This document shows positions 1 to 7,568 of a stretch of DNA of 64,000 nucleotides, in pieces. Location: positions 4,484-68,483 of the forward strand of contig JAOTWP010000005.1 in assembly GCA_029862975.1 (NCBI GenBank), given 5' to 3'. The first letter of the stretch is position 1. The number at the start of each line of letters is the position of its first letter. The DNA is from Acidobacteriota bacterium (GTDB lineage: Bacteria; Acidobacteriota; Thermoanaerobaculia; Multivoradales; JAHEKO01). The notes beneath the pieces are model-generated. The model was given only the letters and a program-made list of their open reading frames with translations, ran no database searches and had not been told where the DNA came from. A program made the position numbers and the translations under genes.

Positions 1-738
1 CTGGCCGAGCGCGGCGTCCTCTTCCGGGTGGCGGCGGAAGACCTCGACCCGGAGCTGGTCGAGCCCCTGGGTGAGCCGTTGTCGTATCCCTTTCTCCAGG
101 CTCTGGCCGCCGACGCGTGGCGCGAGTCGCTCGCGCTCTTCATGCTCGACCAGCGCCCCGAAGTGGACGCCCTGTTCCTGCGGCTCGAAGGGCTGGCCGA
201 CGTCTCGCGCCGCTACTACGGCGGCTTCGCGGCCGTCCACTTCGACGGCGCCCAGGATCCGAAGCGGCAGGAGGCGGCGCGGCTCGTGGCGGCGTACTAC
301 CGCCATCTCGACCGCCTGCTCGCCGCCCTCGACGCGCGGCCCGGCCGCGGCCGGGTGCTGGCGGTGGTCTCGGCCTCCGGCTGGCGCGAGCCTCGGGGCT
401 GGCGGCGGCTGAGCGCCCTGTCGCGCCGCGGCGCCCTCCGCGGATCGCAGGCCGGGGGACCCGATGGCATGTTGCTGCTCTCCGGCCCCGGCGTCCAGGC
501 CGGCCTGCGGCTGGCGAAGGCCGAGCTGGTCGACGTCCTTCCGACCCTCCTCTACAGCGTCGACCTGCCGATCGCCCGCGACTTCGACGGCCGGGTCCTG
601 ACGGCGGCCTTCGAAAGCGCCTTCCTGGCCCGCCAGCCGGTGACCTTCGTGCCCTCCTACGAGACCCTCGCGCTCGAGGAGGCGCCGCGCCCGGGACCCG
701 AGCTGATGGTGGCGCCGCCCCCCCGCAGCGGCCGCTGA
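1..738 (+). CDS. 3' part of an alkaline-phosphatase-superfamily (type I phosphodiesterase/nucleotide pyrophosphatase-like) protein; 5' end lies outside the window
   Basis: Frame 1 is open from base 1 to TGA 736-738, with strong G/C third-position bias. The C-terminal LLLSGPGV...VDVLPTLLYSVDLPIARDFDGRVL resembles the C-terminal core of AlkP-superfamily enzymes. The family call rests on motif memory only. Confidence 0.45.
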   Translation: MAERGVLFRVAAEDLDPELVEPLGEPLSYPFLQALAADAWRESLALFMLDQRPEVDALFLRLEGLADVSRRYYGGFAAVHFDGAQDPKRQEAARLVAAYYRHLDRLLAALDARPGRGRVLAVVSASGWREPRGWRRLSALSRRGALRGSQAGGPDGMLLLSGPGVQAGLRLAKAELVDVLPTLLYSVDLPIARDFDGRVLTAAFESAFLARQPVTFVPSYETLALEEAPRPGPELMVAPPPRSGR

Positions 739-762
739 GCGGCCGGCGCCCCGTGCGGGACG

Positions 763-1152
763 CTAGCTCGAGACCTTCTCGCCGCCGACCGGCAGCCGGT
801 GGACGTTGCCGCCCGGTGGCGTCATCCGGCAGTGGCCCTCGAAGTGGGCCCCTTCTTCGACGATCAGGGTCGGCGTCTCGACGTCGGCGTAGACCCGGCC
901 GCCGGCGGTGAACTCCGCCCGTTTCGAAGCCAGAACCGTGCCGCGGACCACTCCGGAGACGAAAAGGCGACCGACATGGATCTCGGCGTCCACTTTACCC
1001 TGCTCTCCGACCACCAGATCGCCTTCGGAGACCACCTTCCCGGTCAAGGTCCCATCCACCCTGAAGGTGTCCTCGAACTGCAGCTCGCCGTTGATGTGGC
1101 TGCCCGCATCGAGGAAGCCGTTGAGATCGCCCCGGGCGCTGTCTTTGAACAT
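763..1152 (-). CDS. bactofilin (DUF583 polymer-forming cytoskeletal protein)
   Basis: 129 aa with a repetitive beta-helix pattern, INGELQFEDTFRVDGTLTGKVVSEGDLVVGEQGKVDAEIHVGRLFVSGVVRGTV...LIVEEGAHFEG. Starts 7 nt downstream of the parB stop on the same strand. Confidence 0.85.
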   Translation of the reverse strand: MFKDSARGDLNGFLDAGSHINGELQFEDTFRVDGTLTGKVVSEGDLVVGEQGKVDAEIHVGRLFVSGVVRGTVLASKRAEFTAGGRVYADVETPTLIVEEGAHFEGHCRMTPPGGNVHRLPVGGEKVSS

Positions 1153-1159
1153 CGTCTGC

Positions 1160-1984
1160 CTAGCCTTTCAAGTGGTCGAAGAGCCGCATCAGGCCCTCCT
1201 CGTCGTGGAAGTGGAGAACCACGGTGCCACCGCGGCCCCGGCGCTTGATCTCCACCTTGGTCTGCAGCCGGCGAGTCAACCGCTCGACGGCCTCGCGGGT
1301 GTCCGGGTCGACCGCCACCGCCCGCCGGCGGCGGGCCGGCGGCGCGGCGCTGAGCTCCTCGATCTTGCGGGCGCTCAGCCCGTCGCGCGCCGCGCGCTCG
1401 GCCAGGCGCAGCGCGTCGGCGGCCGGCAGCGTCGCCAGCGGCCGCGCCTGGCCGACGTTGAGGCGGCCGTCGCGCAGCATGTCCTGGATCTCGGGCGGCA
1501 GGCTCAGGAGCCGCAGGGCGTTGCTCACCGCGGAGCGGCTCTTGCCGACCCGGCGGCCGATCTCCTCGTGCGCCAGCCCGAAGCCCTGCGCCAGGCCGCG
1601 ATAGGCCTCGGCCTCTTCGACCGGATTGAGGTCCGCGCGCTGCAGGTTCTCGACCAGCGCCAGCTCGAGAAGCTGCTGGTCGCCCGCGATCTCGCGCACG
1701 ACGACGGGCACCTCGGTGAGCCCGGCGCGCTGCGCGGCCCGCCAGCGGCGCTCGCCGGCGACGATCACGTAACCGTCGCCCTGCGGCGTCACGACCAGCG
1801 GCTGGACCACGCCCTGGGCGCGAATCGACTCGGTCAGCTCCGCCAGCCCGGCCTCGTCGAACGCGGCGCGCGGCTGATAGCGGTTGGGCGCGAGCGCCTC
1901 GACCGCCACGTTGTGCAGCCCCAGCGTGGCGCTCGCGAGCAACGCATCGAGTCCCCGCCCGAGGCCGCGCCGCCGAGCCGTCAC
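1160..1984 (-). CDS. parB: chromosome partitioning protein ParB
   Basis: GTG at 1984 overlaps the parA stop (GTGA). Carries the RRGLGRGLDALL N-terminal box, the GERRWRAA arginine patch and an HTH region (RSAVSNALRLLSLP). The 379-aa ORF-track extension upstream is Arg/Pro-rich and overlaps parA, so it was rejected. Confidence 0.93.
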   Translation of the reverse strand: MTARRRGLGRGLDALLASATLGLHNVAVEALAPNRYQPRAAFDEAGLAELTESIRAQGVVQPLVVTPQGDGYVIVAGERRWRAAQRAGLTEVPVVVREIAGDQQLLELALVENLQRADLNPVEEAEAYRGLAQGFGLAHEEIGRRVGKSRSAVSNALRLLSLPPEIQDMLRDGRLNVGQARPLATLPAADALRLAERAARDGLSARKIEELSAAPPARRRRAVAVDPDTREAVERLTRRLQTKVEIKRRGRGGTVVLHFHDEEGLMRLFDHLKG

Positions 1985-2736
1985 GCCGCCCTCTCGAGGT
2001 ACTCGCGGGCCAGGGCCAGGTAGGCCTCGGCGCCACGGCTCTTGATGTCGTACTGGAGGATCGCCATCCCGTGGCTCGGCGCCTCGGCCAGGCGGACGTT
2101 GCGCGGCACGACGGTCTCGAACACCTTGCTGCGGAAGTGGCGCCGAATCTCCGTCGCCACGTCGCGGGCCAGGTTCGTCCGCTCGTCGTACATCGTCAGC
2201 AGGATCCCGGCGATCGCCAGCCCCGGGTTCGACGAGCTCGCGATGCGGCCGACCGTCTGCACCAGCTCGCTGACCCCTTCGAGGGCGAAGTACTCGCACT
2301 GCAGGGGGACGAGAACGCCGTCGGCGGCGTTCAACGCGCCCACGGTCAGGTGACCCAGCGACGGCGGGCAGTCGAGCAGGATCAGCTCGTATTCGCCGCG
2401 CGCCGGCGCCAGGCGGCGGCGCAGAATCTGCCGCCAGCCGGGCTCGCCGACGAACTCGATCTCCACCCCGACGAGCTCGCGGTCGGCCGGCAGCACGTCG
2501 AGACAGGGCAGCGCCGTGCGGCGCACCGCCGCCGCCAGGGGCGCGTCGTCGAGCAGCACCTGATAGAGATTGGGCTCGTCGCGGTCGACGTCGAGACCGC
2601 GGCTGGCGTTGCCCTGGGGATCGCAGTCGACCAGCAGGACCCGGTGCTCGAGCGCCGCGAGCGCCGCGCCCAGGTTGATGGCCGTGGTCGTCTTGCCGAC
2701 GCCGCCCTTCTGGTTCGCGATGGCCAGCACTGTCAC
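1981..2736 (-). CDS. parA: chromosome partitioning ATPase ParA/Soj
   Basis: Deviant Walker A (IANQKGGVGKTTTAINLG) with a conserved ParA core. GTG at 2736 overlaps the rsmG stop (GTGA). An alternative ATG at 2763 would add 9 aa. Confidence 0.93.
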   Translation of the reverse strand: MTVLAIANQKGGVGKTTTAINLGAALAALEHRVLLVDCDPQGNASRGLDVDRDEPNLYQVLLDDAPLAAAVRRTALPCLDVLPADRELVGVEIEFVGEPGWRQILRRRLAPARGEYELILLDCPPSLGHLTVGALNAADGVLVPLQCEYFALEGVSELVQTVGRIASSSNPGLAIAGILLTMYDERTNLARDVATEIRRHFRSKVFETVVPRNVRLAEAPSHGMAILQYDIKSRGAEAYLALAREYLERAA

Positions 2737-3374
2737 CCGGTCAGCTCCTCCCGCGGCACCCACTCGACGATCCGTCGGCGCTCACTGCCCGCCAACGCGA
2801 CCCGGCGCGCGCCGCGCCACCCGTCAGGCGGAGCGGGCTCCGCCGCCCCGCTCCAGACCAGCACCCTGCCCGCGCGGGCCGCCAGGGCCGCTCTCGTCTC
2901 GGCCGGCAGGTGGATTCCTCGCCACGTGACGAGATCCATCGGACCCGGGTCGAAAGCGGCGTCGACTCTAGCATTGAGGCAGCGGCAGGACAAACCGGCC
3001 CGCCGCGCCGCCGCCTGCAGGAACGCCCACTTGCGCTCGCGGCTCTCGACCAGGGTGACCGCGAGCTCGGGGCGCACGGCGGCCAGGACGAGGCCGGGAA
3101 ACCCGGCGCCGGAGCCGACGTCGAGCAGGGTGGCGGCGGCGGCGAGCAGCGGCAGGGCCGCCAGGGCCTCGCCGTAGTGGCGCTCGACGGCCCGCTCGGC
3201 GGTGCCGGGACCGACCAGCGAGAGCCGGGGGTTCCAGCGCCGCAGCTCCCGATAGTGCTCCCAGAGGGCCGCGCACGCCCTCTCCGGCAGGTGGTCCGAC
3301 AGCTCTTCGCCAACGCTTGCACGCAGCCGGCGCCCGAACTCGGGCCGCGAAAGATCGGGCAGTTGGGCACCCAT
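2733..3374 (-). CDS. rsmG: 16S rRNA (guanine527-N7)-methyltransferase RsmG (GidB)
   Basis: 213 aa with SAM-binding LLDVGSGAGFPGLVLA. Shows the conserved rsmG-parA-parB order. Confidence 0.9.
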   Translation of the reverse strand: MGAQLPDLSRPEFGRRLRASVGEELSDHLPERACAALWEHYRELRRWNPRLSLVGPGTAERAVERHYGEALAALPLLAAAATLLDVGSGAGFPGLVLAAVRPELAVTLVESRERKWAFLQAAARRAGLSCRCLNARVDAAFDPGPMDLVTWRGIHLPAETRAALAARAGRVLVWSGAAEPAPPDGWRGARRVALAGSERRRIVEWVPREELTG

Positions 3375-3464
3375 GACGCCTCGCCTTGCATCCTAGTGTC
3401 CCGGGCGGCAAGTTCGCTACCGGGGAACCGGTCTGGCGAGCGGCCGGCTCCTTGACCGGCGCGC

Positions 3465-3480
3465 GGTTTCACGCGAAACT
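3465..3480. promoter_or_regulatory. parS-like ParB binding site 1
   Basis: GGTTTCACGCGAAACT matches the parS consensus TGTTTCACGTGAAACA at 13/16 positions, and the 14-nt core differs only at the central T>C. A perfect right half-site GTGAAACA lies at 3486-3493. Sits immediately upstream of the rsmG-parA-parB operon. Confidence 0.65.
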
Positions 3481-3520
3481 CGACGGTGAAACAACCGTGG
3501 CCGGTTCCGGGAGCGGGCCG

Positions 3521-3536
3521 GGTTTCACGCGAAACC
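3521..3536. promoter_or_regulatory. parS-like ParB binding site 2
   Basis: GGTTTCACGCGAAACC has the same 14-nt core as site 1. Followed by the half-site-like GTGTAACA at 3542-3549. Confidence 0.6.
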
Positions 3537-3576
3537 TGACGGTGTAACATCCTCGCCCCGCGGTGGGAGGTGGTCC

Positions 3577-3915
3577 ATGGAGCGCAACGAGCCGCTGTCC
3601 GACTTCGACGCCGGGTTTCTCGTCGGCGTTCTCGTCGGCGAAGGCCATTTCGGGGGGGACGGCAAGCAGCCCCACGTCACGCTGCGCATGCACACCGATC
3701 ACGCCGCGCTTTTCTCCTGGCTCGCGGCCCGGTTGCCGCGCTCCAAGGTCTACGGTCCCTACCACCACGGCGGCAGGTCCTACTTCCAGTGGATGGCGCG
3801 CGGCCGCTTCCTGCGCGAAGAGCTGCTGCCGCTGCTCGAAGCGCGACTGAGCCCCGAGCTCGACGGCCGCTCGTGGCAACGGTTCCAGGCGATGAAGGAG
3901 CGCTACCGCCTGTAG
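3577..3915 (+). CDS. small free-standing LAGLIDADG-like (homing-endonuclease fold) protein
   Basis: 112 aa with a GGGAGG Shine-Dalgarno 8 nt upstream of the ATG. N-terminal FDAGFLVGVLVGEGHFGG aligns with the LAGLIDADG/GFVDGDGS helix, with the acidic residue kept as Glu. The downstream layout (HVTLRMHT..., LFSWLAARL, YFQWMARGRFLREELLPLL) resembles single-motif I-CreI-type enzymes. Family call from motif only. Confidence 0.6.
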   Translation: MERNEPLSDFDAGFLVGVLVGEGHFGGDGKQPHVTLRMHTDHAALFSWLAARLPRSKVYGPYHHGGRSYFQWMARGRFLREELLPLLEARLSPELDGRSWQRFQAMKERYRL

Positions 3916-3962
3916 CCGCCGCGGCTCGGGCCCGAGCTCAGGTCACGGGCTCGGGTCCGCGC

Positions 3963-5117
3963 TCAGGTCCGGGCCACGCGCACCCGTTTCAGGTAGCCTT
4001 CGCCGACGCTCTCCGTCTCGACGTCGGGCTCGTCGGCCAACGCCAGGTGGACGAGGCGCCGCTCGTCCGGCGCCATCGGCTCGAGCAGCCACGGGCGCCC
4101 GCCGCTGCGCACGCGGTCGGCGGCCTTGCGGGCCAGGCGCTCCAGCCGTTCGGCTCGCGCCGCGTGGAAGCCCGCGCAGTCGAGCCGGCAACGCACGCCC
4201 CGACCCAGCTCGCGGAACAGGACGCGCGGCAGCAGGTGCTGGATGGCGAGCAGTGCGCGCCCCTCGTTGGCGACGACCCGCTGGCTGTCCGGTCCTTCGA
4301 GCTCGATCGTCAAACCGTCCTCGTCGCCGGCCGTCGACCCGACCTGGACTCGCAGGCCGGCGAGATGCGCCAGCTCGTCCACGGCCGCCGCCACGGCGTT
4401 GCGCAAGTCGTCGTCGACCACGAGGGTCGGCTCCGCCGCGGTCTCCTCGGCGAACGCCTCGGCGGGCTCCTCGGTGAGCTCCTCGGTGAGCTCCTCGGTG
4501 AGCTCCTCGCGGGGCTCCTCGGCGGACTCCGCGGCGGGTACTGCCGAATCCGCGTCCACCGCGTCCCCGGCCGGGGTCTCCCACGGCGCCGGCATCTCCC
4601 AGGGCGCCGGGCCCTCCGGGCTCGCCACCGGGGACTCGCGCTGCGTGGTCTCGGCGGCGGCGGGCTCGGCGGCGGCGGGCTCGGCGGCGGCGAGCTCGGC
4701 GGCGGGGGGCTCGAGCTCCTCGCTCGCGCGCGAGGTGGGCGGCTCCGCCGCGGGCTCGGGCCTCGCCTCGGCCGCGAGCGGCGCCGGCGGCGGCTCGACG
4801 GCCCGGGTCCAGGACGGGTACTCCGCGGAGACCGGCTCCGTGAGGGCCGCCAGGCGGTCGCTCGGCGCGGCCTCCGCCTCGGCCGCGGCGGGCTCGCGGT
4901 CATCCGTCGCCGGCTCCGGGGGGCCGGCCGCGGCGCTCGCCGTCGGCCGTTCGGGGTCGACCTCGATGACCACGCCGCGCGGGGTCTTGACGAAGCCGTG
5001 CTTCTTGTCGATCACCTCGTAGACCAGGCTGTCGGGCTCGACCCCGTGGTGGCGCGCGGCGGCCAGGATCGCCTGGGTGAGGCTCGGGCCCGAGAAGAAT
5101 CTGCGGATCAGCGTCAT
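3963..5117 (-). CDS. jag: Jag/KhpB-type R3H RNA-binding protein with an expanded repetitive acidic linker
   Basis: ATG at 5117 overlaps the yidC stop (ATGA). Has an N-terminal Jag_N-like MTLIRRFFSGPSLTQAILAAARHHGVEP..VYEVI and a C-terminal KH/R3H region (LLEPMAPDERRLVHLALADEPDVETESVGEG). Shows the conserved yidC-jag order. Confidence 0.85.
   Translation of the reverse strand: MTLIRRFFSGPSLTQAILAAARHHGVEPDSLVYEVIDKKHGFVKTPRGVVIEVDPERPTASAAAGPPEPATDDREPAAAEAEAAPSDRLAALTEPVSAEYPSWTRAVEPPPAPLAAEARPEPAAEPPTSRASEELEPPAAELAAAEPAAAEPAAAETTQRESPVASPEGPAPWEMPAPWETPAGDAVDADSAVPAAESAEEPREELTEELTEELTEEPAEAFAEETAAEPTLVVDDDLRNAVAAAVDELAHLAGLRVQVGSTAGDEDGLTIELEGPDSQRVVANEGRALLAIQHLLPRVLFRELGRGVRCRLDCAGFHAARAERLERLARKAADRVRSGGRPWLLEPMAPDERRLVHLALADEPDVETESVGEGYLKRVRVART
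4467..4502 (-). repeat. in-frame 12-nt tandem repeat x3 inside jag (encodes ELTEELTEELTE)
   Basis: CTCCTCGGTGAG occurs three times in perfect tandem, followed by a degenerate fourth copy. Confidence 0.95.
4651..4710 (-). repeat. in-frame 15-nt tandem repeat x4 inside jag (encodes the AAEPAAAEP... linker)
   Basis: TCGGCGGCGGCGGGC occurs twice perfectly, then twice more with one mismatch each. Confidence 0.95.
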
Positions 5118-6817
5118 TTCGTACCCCCGTCGTCGTCGCTGGCGGCTCGTTGCCGCCAGCGCTTGTAGCCCGCCTGCTGGGCGATGGCCAGGACATTGTT
5201 GGTGAGCCAGTAGAGGACCATTCCCGCCGGAAACTGGAGAAAGAGCACCGTGAAGACCACCGGCATCATCATGAACAGCCGGCGCTGCATGGGATCGCCC
5301 TGGGCCGGGGCCATGCGCTGCTGGATCACCATGCTGGCGCCCATCACCAGCGGCAGCACGTAGTAGGGATCCTTTACGGAGAGGTCGGTCACCCAGCCCA
5401 GCCAGGGGGCATGGCGCAGCTCGACGGCCGCCGACAGCAGCCGGTAGAAGGCGAAGAGAACCGGCATCTGCAGCAGCATCGGCAGGCACCCGGCGGCGGG
5501 GTTGACGCCCTCCGCCTTGTAGAGGGCCATGATCTCCTGGTTCATCTTCGCCGACGCCTCGGCGTTGGGGCGCCCCCGCTTGTCCTTGAGCTTGCCGCGG
5601 TACTTGGCGCGGATGGCCTGCATCTTGGGATTGATCTTCTGCATCTTCTCCATCGAGACGATGCTCTTGTGGTTCAGCGGGAAGAGCACGAGGCGGATCG
5701 CCACCGTCAGCAGGATGATCGCCCAGCCGAAGTTGCCCACGATGTGGGCGTGGATCCAGCGCAGCGCCGTCAGGAGCGGCCGCGCCAGGAAGCCGAAGAC
5801 GCCGAGATTGACCGTCTTGCCGAGGCTGCCGGGCAGGGCGTCGAGCCGGTCGAGCTGCTTGGCGCCGAAATAGACGGCGAGCTCGAGGCGGCCGGCGGCC
5901 GGAGCCAGGAGGAGCTGCAGATCCGCCACCATGCCCTCCGGCGGATCTTCCCCGTCGCTCGGCCGCGGCGAGAAGGTGGCGCGCCCGCCCTCGTCGACCG
6001 TGAAGAGGACCGGCTCGATCACGGCCTCGCGCAGGCCGGGGCCGGGGATCGCCGCGGCCAGGAAGTACTGGTCCTCGAGACCGACGAAGCCCAGCGCCGT
6101 CGCCGACAGCACCGTGGTCTCGTCGGTGCCCAGGGCGTCGAGCCGCTCGACCTTGCCGCCCTGCAGGTAGACCGCGCCGCGTTGGGCGAAGCGGTTGCCG
6201 GCCTCCGCCGGCGTCGGGTTGCGGATTCCGGGACCGAGCAGCAGGCGCCAGTCGCCGTCGCTCTCCACGACGACGTCCATCATGCTGTCCGCCCGCAACG
6301 TCACCGTCTTGCGACTCGCTCCGGCCGGCCCCCGATAGGTGAACGTCGCGCCGTCGCGGGCGCGCTCGACGGCGAAGAGCGCTTGGTCGAGGGCCGACGG
6401 CGCGCCGCCGGCGGCGACGAGACCGAAGAGGTACGGCTCCTCGACCCGGCGCCTCACGAGATCGACCGGCCCGTTGTCGTCCGTGGGATGGGCCTTGAGC
6501 TCGAGGCTCACGAGCTGTGCGCCGCGGTTGCTCCACACGGCGCGGATGCGCTCGTCCTCGAGCACCACGGTCTGCTCCGTCGCGGCCTCCACCGGCGGCC
6601 CGGACGGCGCCGCGGCGGCCGATTCCGCCGCCGCCGACTCCGCGACCTCTGCGGTGGCCACCGGCGGCGGGGACGGCGCCGGCTCGCCCGGCGGCGCCGC
6701 GGCCCCGCCGTCCATGGGGGCGGGAGCGACCACCGGCGGCGGCGGGAAGAGCTTCTGCCACAAGAGGAGGACCGCGAGCGACAGCAGCGCCGCGATGAGC
6801 AGACGACGGGTTTCCAT
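5114..6817 (-). CDS. yidC: membrane protein insertase YidC
   Basis: Start METRRLLIAALLSLAVLLLWQ forms the signal anchor. C-terminal conserved core FGWAIILLTVAIRLVLFPL...GCLPMLLQMPVLFAFY. The 47-aa upstream extension in the ORF track was rejected. Confidence 0.93.
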   Translation of the reverse strand: METRRLLIAALLSLAVLLLWQKLFPPPPVVAPAPMDGGAAAPPGEPAPSPPPVATAEVAESAAAESAAAAPSGPPVEAATEQTVVLEDERIRAVWSNRGAQLVSLELKAHPTDDNGPVDLVRRRVEEPYLFGLVAAGGAPSALDQALFAVERARDGATFTYRGPAGASRKTVTLRADSMMDVVVESDGDWRLLLGPGIRNPTPAEAGNRFAQRGAVYLQGGKVERLDALGTDETTVLSATALGFVGLEDQYFLAAAIPGPGLREAVIEPVLFTVDEGGRATFSPRPSDGEDPPEGMVADLQLLLAPAAGRLELAVYFGAKQLDRLDALPGSLGKTVNLGVFGFLARPLLTALRWIHAHIVGNFGWAIILLTVAIRLVLFPLNHKSIVSMEKMQKINPKMQAIRAKYRGKLKDKRGRPNAEASAKMNQEIMALYKAEGVNPAAGCLPMLLQMPVLFAFYRLLSAAVELRHAPWLGWVTDLSVKDPYYVLPLVMGASMVIQQRMAPAQGDPMQRRLFMMMPVVFTVLFLQFPAGMVLYWLTNNVLAIAQQAGYKRWRQRAASDDDGGTK

Positions 6818-6837
6818 GGCTTCTCCTGTGCCCGCCC

Positions 6838-7023
6838 TCAGGGCAGGTCGATGCCCCCGGGGTGGAAGGGGTTGCAGCGGCCGATCCTGGCCAGCGCCTT
6901 GAGCGTCCCCCGCCAGAGGCCGTGCTCGAGAACCGCGAGCCGCGCGTACTCCGAGCACGACGGAACGAAGCGACAGCTCTGCGGCAGCATCGGCGAGAGC
7001 CAGCGCTTGTAGAGCACCAGCAC
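6838..7023 (-). CDS. yidD: membrane protein insertion efficiency factor YidD
   Basis: LYKRWLSPMLPQSCRFVPSCSEYA...IGRCNPFHPGGIDLP is the YidD signature. The start is uncertain: GTG 7023 is the first canonical start after the rnpA stop, and no ATG is available. Confidence 0.8.
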   Translation of the reverse strand: MLVLYKRWLSPMLPQSCRFVPSCSEYARLAVLEHGLWRGTLKALARIGRCNPFHPGGIDLP

Positions 7024-7028
7024 CCGGA

Positions 7029-7430
7029 TCAGGGCCCGGGTGACGACGCCCCGCCCGCGGGCGGCAGCCAGGTCGCGAGCAATCGCGTCAGCTCCGCCGT
7101 CAACCGCGGAAAGCTCGCCCCGGCGATGGCCGGCTTCGAATGCACCATGAAGTCCATCGCCGGCAGTTGGCTGCGCTCGCTCCATCGCCGATAGATCTCC
7201 CGGATTCGCCGCTTGACCCGATGCCGTACGACTGAGTTGCCGACCTTCTTGCCGACCGTGATTCCGAGCCGAGGATGGTCGCGGTCGTTGGGCGCCGCGT
7301 AGAGAATCAGAAGATCCCCGTGGCGGCGGCGCCCCTCGCGGTAGCACCTCAGGTACTCGGTCCGGCGCCGCATCCGCCCCTCCCGTGGGAGCGACTCGTC
7401 GCGACGCGCGGCGACCGGCCGGCCGGTCAT
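7029..7430 (-). CDS. rnpA: ribonuclease P protein component
   Basis: 133 aa, basic, with RLGITVGKKVGNSVVRHRVKRRIRE (RNR-like motif). Begins 3 nt after the rpmH stop. Confidence 0.88.
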   Translation of the reverse strand: MTGRPVAARRDESLPREGRMRRRTEYLRCYREGRRRHGDLLILYAAPNDRDHPRLGITVGKKVGNSVVRHRVKRRIREIYRRWSERSQLPAMDFMVHSKPAIAGASFPRLTAELTRLLATWLPPAGGASSPGP

Positions 7431-7433
7431 CGA

Positions 7434-7568
7434 CTAGGCCGAGAGGCGCTTGCGACCTTTCCGACGCCGGCGCTTGAGCACTGCTTGTCCCTGGCGCGTC
7501 TGCATCCGGGCACGAAAGCCGTGCTTCTTGGCGCGGCGGCGCTTGTTGGGCTGAAACGTACGTTTCAC
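7434..7568 (-). CDS. rpmH: 50S ribosomal protein L34
   Basis: Absent from the ORF track because it is only 44 aa with a GTG start. Translation is [44 protein letters not shown], the canonical L34 sequence. Confidence 0.95.
   Translation of the reverse strand: MKRTFQPNKRRRAKKHGFRARMQTRQGQAVLKRRRRKGRKRLSA

Larger units (their letters stand above)
3465..3549 (+). repeat. two copies of a 29-nt direct repeat (56-nt period), each made of a full parS-like site plus a half site
   Basis: Unit 3465-3493 is GGTTTCACGCGAAACTCGACGGTGAAACA. Unit 3521-3549 is GGTTTCACGCGAAACCTGACGGTGTAACA. They are identical at 26 of 29 positions. Confidence 0.9.

Noticed and set aside
1160-2299. 379-aa version of parB from the ORF track
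   Set aside because: The first 105 aa overlap parA out of frame and are Arg/Pro/Gly-rich. GTG 1984 gives the canonical RRGLGRGLDALL N-terminus and a GTGA coupling with parA.
4467-4710. Short tandem repeats that could have been a degenerate CRISPR or VNTR locus
   Set aside because: The periods are 12 and 15 nt with no spacers, in frame inside jag, encoding a low-complexity linker. Not a CRISPR array.
3963-6761. 932-aa minus-strand ORF spanning jag and most of yidC
   Set aside because: Only the last 384 codons (from ATG 5117, ATGA-coupled to the yidC stop) look like a real protein (Jag). The upstream 547 aa are Arg/Gly/Pro/Ala-rich read-through in an alternative frame of yidC, typical of high-GC shadow ORFs.
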